Source: Patescibacteria group bacterium (GTDB lineage: Bacteria > Patescibacteriota > Minisyncoccia > UBA6257 > 2-01-FULL-56-20). From it: DNA of 53,863 nucleotides. The position numbers were made by a program, and so were the translations under genes. The stretch is from positions 1-53,863 of the forward strand of contig JANLHI010000015.1 of the NCBI GenBank assembly GCA_024654525.1, in the 5' to 3' direction. The notes beneath the pieces were generated by a model, which was not told the origin of the DNA, did not search any database, and worked only from the letters and a program-made list of their open reading frames with translations. Of the stretch, positions 10,281 to 18,134 are shown piece by piece; the first letter of the stretch is position 1, and each line of letters opens with the position of its first letter.

Positions 10281-10463
10281 TCAGAGTTCTCGCAATTTTC
10301 CTTCTTTGGCTTCTCGCGCGATCCTTTCAATTGCGCGCATTGTTTTCCCTTCAAGAAGAAGCGCGAGCGTCTCAAACTTACGGGGCGAAAGCCGCCGCAA
10401 ACCTTCCGCGATTTGCGGAAGGGTGATAGGAATAGTTGCTTCTTCTTTTGTAGTCGTTACCAT
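10281..10463 (-). CDS. 60-aa small protein, antitoxin-like (uncertain)
   Basis: MVTTTKEEATIPITLPQIAEGLRRLSPRKFETLALLLEGKTMRAIERIAREAKEGKLREL. The track's longer start runs through palindromic repeats. Confidence 0.5.
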   Translation of the reverse strand: MVTTTKEEATIPITLPQIAEGLRRLSPRKFETLALLLEGKTMRAIERIAREAKEGKLREL

Positions 10464-10545
10464 AGAAAAAAGTATGGATAATTTATTGTGCGAGGTCAAC
10501 TTTAGTCTATTGGGGCTTAACCCCGATAGACGGCTTTCTCTGATT

Positions 10546-10587
10546 CGGCAAGGTTGAACCTTGCCGGGATTCCTAAGGTTCAACCTT
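10546..10587. repeat. Two AAGGTT(G/C)AACCTT palindromes
   Basis: cggcaaggtt-g-aaccttgccg (10546..10566) and aaggtt-c-aacctt (10575..10587), directly after the stop of 10588..12375. An imperfect hairpin also lies at 10505..10531. Confidence 0.9.
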
Positions 10588-12375
10588 TCAGGCGACCTCG
10601 GTGTGGTAGCAATTTTCACAATACACTATCTCTGACTGATCGGGAGCATAACTCGTTTCGAATTCGTTCGGACAAGGATTTTCCCCGTGAGAGTGGGCTA
10701 CGGTATTTTTATATCTGTTTTTTTCTTGATTACACATGCAATGGCGCCGCCACAGCCGGGGCGGATTCCGCTTCTTGAAGCGCGCAAAGTGGCGTGTGTT
10801 GGGGCACTCGCGCGGGATCGGGATATTCATCCGTCGGTAAAAGGAAAGTTCTTCCGCCGTGATACGGAACGCTTTCGTGCAATTATGCTCTTCAGTGGTC
10901 TGATCGCCGCGTATCCCCCACGCCTGACATAGAATCACTTCTTTAATAATGTCATCCTTCACCGACGCGCTCTCGTCCGGCACATCTTTCCATTCGAGCG
11001 TAGGTACATGCTTCTTCTCCTGCACATCTTCCCACAACAACCTTCGCCCAAGCACTTCTTGCCTCGCAAGCGGAAAATAGTCGTACGCCGCAGTGGTGTT
11101 GTATGCCGACGCGGACAACTCCGGCGGAAAAAATTCTCCGAAGCGGTACACTATCCCGCGCGAATCGGCATAAGGCATCACATTCATGTGCTCAATAATT
11201 TTCGGGATAAGTTTCTCGTATTCTTCTTTCGCATACTGCCGGTTCAAAATGCAGTATTCCTTTTTGCGCATACCAACACATCCGAAAAGATTCGCGGACG
11301 CATAGCAGTTATCACAATACGTAAGGTCGTGGCATGCATCCCACGATTCGTTCACGAAGCGAATCCGCGTGGAGTTATATCCGCAGTTCGCAGTTTCGTA
11401 GATAAGTTCCCCGCCGCGCCCCCAATACGAGTAGTCCATGCAGTCCTTGCTCTCAATAACCGAAAGGAGATTCTTGCCGTTCTCCACTTTTCGGGATTGG
11501 TAGGAATTTTTAACGTCCTTGCAGTCGATAAGCCAGTTCCCGGAGGAATTCACGCAATTCGTGTTCGCGGCGGGCTCATGTATGGCACGCCCTAAAAGTT
11601 CTCCGAACCGTTCGGCGAATGCCACACGCCCTTCGTGCGTATGAAGACGGAGCTTTTGTACCTCCCGCTCATATTCTTCCTTTGTATACGGCCGGTTCAA
11701 AATGTAGTACTGCTTATTGCGGAGTCCCGCACATCCCGCGCATTGCATGCAGTTCCTGCAGTCAAACAAAAAAAGCGAATCGCGACATTGCCTGCACTCC
11801 TGGCAATACTGAACGTTATAACACTCCGCAACATCAACACATTGATACGAAAGCTCGGACTTGTGAGCGTTAAAGCAATCTGCGGAATCGCGGCAATCCC
11901 AAAGATTATAGGAATACCGCGAGTTTTCGTTGTAATTTGCCCGCACGAGGAGATATGAATTCTTGTTATAGCTCGCGCGATTGCAAAATGCGTTGCCCGT
12001 CGGGTCTCCCTGAATCACCCGCTCCGCCCTCGGCACGCGCAACTTCAACTCTTTAAATTGCTCGAAAAACGGCTTCGAAAAATCATATTCCGCTCCGTGG
12101 GAGAGCGGGTCCCAACGGTCGCTCCGGTAACAGTCAAGGCAATACACGGGAAACACCGTCCCCGCAGAATACATTGATACTATGTCTTTGCGGCATAGCC
12201 CGCATGCGTTTTTGTATAAATGTCGCTCGTTACAAAACGACAGCCGCCGCTGCAACCGGCATTCCGGACACCACGTCGGCGGCGGGACTTTTATTTTTTC
12301 GTAAAACGCAAAATCATCCGGCTCGATGACGAACCGGGATTTGCAGGATTGGCAAGTTTGGGTTTCGGGATTCAT
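10588..12375 (-). CDS. Cys-rich Zn-ribbon/repeat protein, paralog 5
   Basis: MNPETQTCQSCK...VPPPTWCPECRLQRR ... YCENCYHTEVA. Start placed at ATG 12375 by comparison with paralogs (track start 12393). Confidence 0.9.
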   Translation of the reverse strand: MNPETQTCQSCKSRFVIEPDDFAFYEKIKVPPPTWCPECRLQRRLSFCNERHLYKNACGLCRKDIVSMYSAGTVFPVYCLDCYRSDRWDPLSHGAEYDFSKPFFEQFKELKLRVPRAERVIQGDPTGNAFCNRASYNKNSYLLVRANYNENSRYSYNLWDCRDSADCFNAHKSELSYQCVDVAECYNVQYCQECRQCRDSLFLFDCRNCMQCAGCAGLRNKQYYILNRPYTKEEYEREVQKLRLHTHEGRVAFAERFGELLGRAIHEPAANTNCVNSSGNWLIDCKDVKNSYQSRKVENGKNLLSVIESKDCMDYSYWGRGGELIYETANCGYNSTRIRFVNESWDACHDLTYCDNCYASANLFGCVGMRKKEYCILNRQYAKEEYEKLIPKIIEHMNVMPYADSRGIVYRFGEFFPPELSASAYNTTAAYDYFPLARQEVLGRRLLWEDVQEKKHVPTLEWKDVPDESASVKDDIIKEVILCQAWGIRGDQTTEEHNCTKAFRITAEELSFYRRMNIPIPRECPNTRHFARFKKRNPPRLWRRHCMCNQEKNRYKNTVAHSHGENPCPNEFETSYAPDQSEIVYCENCYHTEVA

Positions 12376-12388
12376 GAGATTCTGTGAT

Positions 12389-12414
12389 GGCAAGGTTGAA
12401 CCTTGCAGGGATTC
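12389..12414. repeat. 26-bp direct repeat of 10547..10572 containing the AAGGTTGAACCTT palindrome
   Basis: ggcaaggttgaaccttgc[a]gggattc versus ggcaaggttgaaccttgc[c]gggattc, 25/26 identical. Confidence 0.92.
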
Positions 12415-12426
12415 ATACTAAGTAGG

Positions 12427-14313
12427 TTATAAGTTATTAATACCCTGCATTCTATTTTCATAGTACCACTTCAACACATCTCCGCCGATAGGAATCGCAT
12501 TCAAACTTCCCTCCTTCGCATCTTCCACTAACACCAAAACGATAAGTTGGGGATTATCCGCAGGCGCATACCCCACAAAAAATGCGTTTACCTTTTGGTT
12601 GTTGTGCACCTGCGCACTTCCTGTTTTTGCAGCAACCGTAAACGGCAAATTATGCAACGCATAAATAGTCGCTTTCGGGTCCGTTACCGCAAGTTCCATC
12701 CCCTTCTGCACTTCCTTGATTTCGGAGGCAAGGTACGTAAGATCGGAAATAATGTGTGAGTGGGGCGCATCGGCGTTGATCACGGGGCGAATAAGTTTTC
12801 CATTGGTTGCCACTGCATTTAAATACGTAATAAGCTGAATCGGCGTTACGAGTAAATCTCCCTGTCCTATCGAAACGTTATAGGTATCACCCAAAAGCCA
12901 TGGACTTTTGTCGCGATTCTCTTTCCATTCAACCGAAGGAAGAAAACCTTCCGCTTCTCCCGGCAAATCGATTCCCGTTTTTTCCCCGAAACCGAACAAT
13001 TGCCACCACTCTCTTAATTTTTTAATACCAAGTCCCACAGACCCCCCCGGCGCACCACCACCAACTTCATAAAAATAAACGTCGCTGGAATTTGCTATTG
13101 CCGACGCAAGATTCACATATCCCTGATAACGCCAATCCTTATATCGGGTGAACTTTGAAGGATCGAAGGGATTCGGAATATCAAGATATCCCGGAGAAAA
13201 AATTTCCCGTTTCGGATCGATAACTCCTTCGTTGAGCGCCGCGATACCCACAAGCGGTTTCACGGTAGAAGCCGGACTGTAAAATCCTGAAATTGCGCGG
13301 TTAAAAAGCGGCTTTAAGGGCGAAGTGAGTATTTCTTTCTTCTTATCATTATTACCAGACCCTGAAAGAATATTATTGTCATATGACGGTTCTTGCACCA
13401 ACGCAAGCACCTCTCCTGTGTTTGGATTCATCGCAATACCCACACCTATTTTTTTCCCCAATGAACGCAATCCCTGTGTCAGCCTATTCTGAAAATAAGA
13501 TTGCAATTCAGCATCAATAGTAAGGCGTAGCGTACGCCCGATTGAAGGTAGTCGCGTCTCCGCCGTATCAAGAACATTGCCGCGTGCATCACGTTTGAGC
13601 ACAATAATTCCTGCTTCACCCCGAAGAAGTTCATCGTAGAGATATTCGACACCGCCGCGTCCCATCATCTCACCTGCATCAATCTTCGGATTCATACGTA
13701 AATTTTCCGAATTCGGAAACCCGACATATCCCAACACATGAGAGAAAACATTGCCGTCTTTATACACACGCTCCACGCCGTCCTCAACCGTAATAGTCGA
13801 AAGACGCAATCCTTTAAGCACCACAAGAGTTCGGTCGTTCATTTCGACTTGAATCGGGATACGCTCACCCAATCGATCCGCATCAATACTCCGCATCCAT
13901 TCCCACACTTCATCCGGTTCAATACCAAGCACAAGTTTAAGTGCACTAAGCGTAGGCTCTTGCAACTCTTCATGTTTCAAGAATTCTCCGGTATTTAAAA
14001 ACGCGTAGGGCACCACACGATTATCCGCAAGTACTGTTCCGAAACGATCGGTAATAAGACCCCGCAATGGAGGCGTCATTTTCACCTGTTCCAAATTCGC
14101 TTGTGCGCGAGCGATATAGACCGAACCCATATTCATATTCAGAAACACAATCCTGCCCACACTCACCGTGGCAAGGATAAGTACCACAATCCACACATAC
14201 AAAAGCGGGCGCGCCCCAAGAGGCACCTCTACAATATCCTTATTTTCGCTCCAATCTTCACACACCGATTCTTCAAAAGCAGGACTTCCTTCTTGATAAT
14301 CTCTTCTAGCCAT
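12427..14313 (-). CDS. mrdA: Penicillin-binding protein 2 (class B transpeptidase)
   Basis: N-terminal TM, RGLITDRFG, PASTVK (SxxK), SSDVYFY, KTGSAQ; downstream of mreBCD. Confidence 0.9.
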   Translation of the reverse strand: MARRDYQEGSPAFEESVCEDWSENKDIVEVPLGARPLLYVWIVVLILATVSVGRIVFLNMNMGSVYIARAQANLEQVKMTPPLRGLITDRFGTVLADNRVVPYAFLNTGEFLKHEELQEPTLSALKLVLGIEPDEVWEWMRSIDADRLGERIPIQVEMNDRTLVVLKGLRLSTITVEDGVERVYKDGNVFSHVLGYVGFPNSENLRMNPKIDAGEMMGRGGVEYLYDELLRGEAGIIVLKRDARGNVLDTAETRLPSIGRTLRLTIDAELQSYFQNRLTQGLRSLGKKIGVGIAMNPNTGEVLALVQEPSYDNNILSGSGNNDKKKEILTSPLKPLFNRAISGFYSPASTVKPLVGIAALNEGVIDPKREIFSPGYLDIPNPFDPSKFTRYKDWRYQGYVNLASAIANSSDVYFYEVGGGAPGGSVGLGIKKLREWWQLFGFGEKTGIDLPGEAEGFLPSVEWKENRDKSPWLLGDTYNVSIGQGDLLVTPIQLITYLNAVATNGKLIRPVINADAPHSHIISDLTYLASEIKEVQKGMELAVTDPKATIYALHNLPFTVAAKTGSAQVHNNQKVNAFFVGYAPADNPQLIVLVLVEDAKEGSLNAIPIGGDVLKWYYENRMQGINNL

Positions 14314-14379
14314 GTATCACCATTATGCATCGCGCCATCACTTCGCGCAAAACAAGCATCTTGCACACATGTACGCCAA

Positions 14380-14835
14380 TTATAACGCGCGTTCTTCCGA
14401 AAATGAGTACTGCAGTATCGCAAACATCACTCCTCCATATATCACTCCTAAAAATATCTCGTACGCTATCAATGCACTGAAACGAAAAATGAGTTGAATA
14501 TCAATCAGCGCATACCATGCCGTAATCCCCACCACAAGCGCGCATATATGGGTAATAAGAGATGTGATAGAAACCCAATCTTTCACCATGCATACTGCAG
14601 TCGGAAAAACCACAAGCATTACAGACTCAACACTAAAAATCGGCTCCCAATGCAGAATATATGCCATCACCACCGCAAGCGCACACTCTTCTACGACATC
14701 AAGAAAAAAAGCGAGTGTAACAAGTACGATAAAAACCGCATTACCCAATCCAAAACCCAAAGACCCGAATCTTATTTGTACAAAAAAAGCGGCGGTGCAC
14801 ACGAGGAATCCAATAACGAAACGATAGTAATTCAT
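14380..14835 (-). CDS. MreD-like membrane protein
   Basis: 151-aa hydrophobic protein between mreC and mrdA; assigned mainly by position. Confidence 0.6.
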   Translation of the reverse strand: MNYYRFVIGFLVCTAAFFVQIRFGSLGFGLGNAVFIVLVTLAFFLDVVEECALAVVMAYILHWEPIFSVESVMLVVFPTAVCMVKDWVSITSLITHICALVVGITAWYALIDIQLIFRFSALIAYEIFLGVIYGGVMFAILQYSFSEERAL

Positions 14836-14845
14836 TGCAAAAGAT

Positions 14846-15529
14846 TTAAAGCGTTACAGGAGGTATATATCCCACGATAATTGCCACCGCGCGAATTTCT
14901 CCTAAATCATAGGAAATGTCCAACTCAGACTCTCTAAAAAGACCATCACGCGACTTTGTTAAAATGCGAAGCGTACCCAACGGCATTCCATATGGCAACA
15001 TGGGAGAAGCCATATACACCGCATCACCCACCGCTATCTGTCCATCTTTGGGAATAAGCGTGAGTAATGGCACTGTTCCGCCCGTAAGCAACGCATCCGA
15101 TCCCTTTGCACCAATTCGTACCGCATACTTCGACTGCACATCAAAAATCGTCTGTATCAGAGACACACGAGGGAAAACCTTCACCACTCGCCCTATAAAA
15201 ACATTCTTAAACGTAGCCGGCTGTCCTTCTTGCACTCCATCGTTGCTTCCCCGGTTTACTAATAATTCATTTTTCAACCCAAACGGATATTGGGAATACA
15301 CCTCGGCAATAAGCGACTTTTCTTTTTCAGGCAACATCACCTCCTCGCGCACACTATAGCGAGCAAGTTCAGTTTTAAGAACCACAAGCTCGGCGCGCTC
15401 ATCGCTACACACTGCAACACTTCCTCCTCCTTGAATTACGGCGCGCAACCAAAACGCAACATCTGGCCTGAATACGGCGATGCCGAATGTCACTATGATA
15501 AATACCCATGCAACCTGTTTTTGAGACAT
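14846..15529 (-). CDS. mreC: Rod shape-determining protein MreC
   Basis: LLVNRGSNDGVQEGQP, FIGRVVKV, GDAVY..PYGMPLG; follows mreB. Confidence 0.88.
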   Translation of the reverse strand: MSQKQVAWVFIIVTFGIAVFRPDVAFWLRAVIQGGGSVAVCSDERAELVVLKTELARYSVREEVMLPEKEKSLIAEVYSQYPFGLKNELLVNRGSNDGVQEGQPATFKNVFIGRVVKVFPRVSLIQTIFDVQSKYAVRIGAKGSDALLTGGTVPLLTLIPKDGQIAVGDAVYMASPMLPYGMPLGTLRILTKSRDGLFRESELDISYDLGEIRAVAIIVGYIPPVTL

Positions 15530-15572
15530 ACCCGTAAAAGAAAATCAAACGCTTACTCTTCCCTCTCACACA

Positions 15573-16616
15573 CTAAAGTTTTATCTCGAGGGGTTTTAAA
15601 GGATTATCCAGCAATATGCGGTATCCTTTAAAATCATCTACAATCTGCCCCAAGCCCCTCACTACGCAGGTAAGCGGCTCTTCGGCAACCGAAGTTTTTA
15701 CCGCAGTCTCCCGCTCTACAAGCTCTTCAATACCGCGTAACAATGCGCCCCCTCCGCAAAGATATATACCCTGCGCCAACATATCACCCGCAAGTTCCGG
15801 AGGAGTAAGTTCCACCACTTCATGGATTGCGTCCACAATGGAGCGAAGCGATTTGAGAGTCGCCTGCCGCACATGAGTATTCTTCACCACTACTTCTCGA
15901 GGAAGCCCCGACGTGTAGTCGCGTCCGCGAATAGCAACTTCAATCCTCCCCTCAACCGGAACCGCTGATCCCGCAGCAATTTTCAGATACTCCGCAGTCG
16001 GTTCGCCGATAGCAAGACGAAATTCCTCGCGCACGAAACGAATAATATCTTCATTCAGTTTATCACCCGCAATACGCAACGTTTTCGCCACCACGATTCC
16101 TCCCATGGAGATTACGGCAATGTCAGTGGTACCTCCCCCGATATCCACAATAAGACTTGCGGTAGGAGAAAGAATCGGCAAACGCGCACCAAGCGCAGCG
16201 GCAACGGGAGCCTCAACAAGGTATACCTTCGCACATCCTGCATCCTTTGCCGCGTCTTCAACAGATTTTCTTTCCACTTCCGTGACACCGTTCGGGATTG
16301 CAAGTACACCACGCCGGAATCCTCCGATGGAAGACCTCCCGGAACGACGCAAAAATTGACGCAACATTTCCTGCGTCATTTCAAAGTCGGAAACCACTCC
16401 TCCCACAAGCGGACGCACTACATTGATGTGCGCGGGGGTACGCCCCATCATCTTCCTCGCCTCATCACCCACCGCGATAATCTGATTCGTTTTGGTATTG
16501 ATTGCCGCTACGGAAGGTTCGTCCAACATAAGTCCACGATGACTGAGGTACACAAGAGAATTTGTGGTACCTAAATCGATTCCCACATCACTGAATAAAT
16601 AATTGAGGAGTTTCAT
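15573..16616 (-). CDS. mreB: Rod shape-determining protein MreB
   Basis: DVGIDLGTTNS, DEPSVAA, VDIGGGTTDIAVIS, GIYLCGGGALLRG. Confidence 0.97.
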   Translation of the reverse strand: MKLLNYLFSDVGIDLGTTNSLVYLSHRGLMLDEPSVAAINTKTNQIIAVGDEARKMMGRTPAHINVVRPLVGGVVSDFEMTQEMLRQFLRRSGRSSIGGFRRGVLAIPNGVTEVERKSVEDAAKDAGCAKVYLVEAPVAAALGARLPILSPTASLIVDIGGGTTDIAVISMGGIVVAKTLRIAGDKLNEDIIRFVREEFRLAIGEPTAEYLKIAAGSAVPVEGRIEVAIRGRDYTSGLPREVVVKNTHVRQATLKSLRSIVDAIHEVVELTPPELAGDMLAQGIYLCGGGALLRGIEELVERETAVKTSVAEEPLTCVVRGLGQIVDDFKGYRILLDNPLKPLEIKL

Positions 16617-16638
16617 AAGTGATAAAATTACACGCTAA

Positions 16639-17862
16639 CTAGGAAACGAGTCGCCGAATGAGCTCCTCATGACTCACCACTTCAGTCGTATCGGACGCAC
16701 GGGATTTTACCTCCACGTTTCCATCCGTTTTCGGACTTATTACTGCACGCAGAGGAATACCAAGAAGATCCGCATCTGCAAATTTTTCTCCCGCGGAACG
16801 ATCAGTATCATCATAGAGTACGTCGACACCCTTCTCCTGTAAAGCGTTATAAAGATCCTTTGCGGAAGCACTATTAAGCTCGAGAAGATGCACGCGAAAC
16901 GGCGCCACGGATTCGGGCCATATAATTCCCTTGTCATCATGAAATCGCTCTACAATAACCCCCATAAGACGTGAAATACCGATGCCATAGCACCCCATCA
17001 ATATTTCATGCATTTCCCCTTTCTCGTTACGATAACGAAGCTCGAACGGCGCGGAATATTTTGTCTTCAATTTGAAAATATTTCCCACTTCGGCACCCAT
17101 CCGCTCTTGAAGATCCGTATTGCCGCACGAAGGACACGCTGATTGTTCTTTAATAATTTCCTTATTCACTGCCACGCGGCACTTCTCACATAGATATACC
17201 GTATCCTCTCCCGAAGGAAGAAGTGTCTGAAACTCGTGCGAGTACTGCGAGAATGAACCTCCCGACGCAAACGTAAGCACAGTATCTTCCCCAAGTCCCA
17301 CACGCGCAAAAACACTCTGATAGGCGCCCTGCACTTTTTCGTAGTATGCATCCAGATCCGCATCGTCCTGATGAAACGAATAGAGATCTTTCATCAAAAA
17401 TTCGCGCCCGCGAAGAAGTCCTGATTTTGCACGCTTTTCATCGCGGAACTTTGTCTGAATCTGGAAAAGATATTTTGGCAAATCCTGATATGAAAAAATG
17501 AACTGTTTCGCAAGTGGCGCAATCACCTCTTCGTGCGTGGGACCAAGTACATATTCATTCTTTGAATAGTGGCTTGTGAAACGGAATAATGTGTCATACG
17601 CATCCCATCGTCCCGTCTGCACCCAATTCGCTTTTGGGTGTAACACGGGAAGGGAAATTTCTTCTCCTCCGATTACCACCATTTCCTCACGTACAATTTT
17701 CTCTATATTCCTGATTACTCGAAGTCCCAACGGAAGAAACGAATACACTCCTGCCATGAGCTTTTGCACAAACCCGCCACGCACCAAAAGCCGGGCATTG
17801 AGCGCCTCCTCGTCCTTCGGTGAATTTTTGGTTGTTTTCGTAAAAAGGTCAGACTGTTTCAT
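16639..17862 (-). CDS. proS: Prolyl-tRNA synthetase, short form without the INS editing domain
   Basis: LGPTHEE, QIQTKFRDEKRAKSGLLRGREFLMKDLYSF, MGCYGIGISR; 407 aa. Confidence 0.95.
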   Translation of the reverse strand: MKQSDLFTKTTKNSPKDEEALNARLLVRGGFVQKLMAGVYSFLPLGLRVIRNIEKIVREEMVVIGGEEISLPVLHPKANWVQTGRWDAYDTLFRFTSHYSKNEYVLGPTHEEVIAPLAKQFIFSYQDLPKYLFQIQTKFRDEKRAKSGLLRGREFLMKDLYSFHQDDADLDAYYEKVQGAYQSVFARVGLGEDTVLTFASGGSFSQYSHEFQTLLPSGEDTVYLCEKCRVAVNKEIIKEQSACPSCGNTDLQERMGAEVGNIFKLKTKYSAPFELRYRNEKGEMHEILMGCYGIGISRLMGVIVERFHDDKGIIWPESVAPFRVHLLELNSASAKDLYNALQEKGVDVLYDDTDRSAGEKFADADLLGIPLRAVISPKTDGNVEVKSRASDTTEVVSHEELIRRLVS

Positions 17863-17899
17863 GAAAGTATCTTATGGCAGTAAGCATACCGCGAACGGA

Positions 17900-17937
17900 A
17901 AAAGGACTCAACTTCCAGAGTGAAAACGAGTCCTTTT
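17900..17937. terminator. Hairpin with 10-bp arms, possible intrinsic terminator
   Basis: aaaaggactc...gagtcctttt with an 18-nt loop, between the dockerin gene and proS. Confidence 0.5.
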
Positions 17938-17974
17938 CTTCACCCAAAGAATCCATTTTCTTTCTTCTCCTCTC

Positions 17975-18016
17975 AAGACCTTACATCACTCACGATCGTG
18001 AGTGATGTAAGGTCTT
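17975..18016. repeat. Perfect 42-bp palindrome with no spacer
   Basis: aagaccttacatcactcacga|tcgtgagtgatgtaaggtctt. Confidence 0.95.
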
Positions 18017-18134
18017 CCACATATTGCGCTCACACGCTCCTATAAGGAATTCCGGAGCGACTCAAGCATGGTGCGCATGGAATCAAGCGTATTCGCAAAC
18101 TGACTCGTGGAAGGTGCTGCGCGTGATGACTGAT

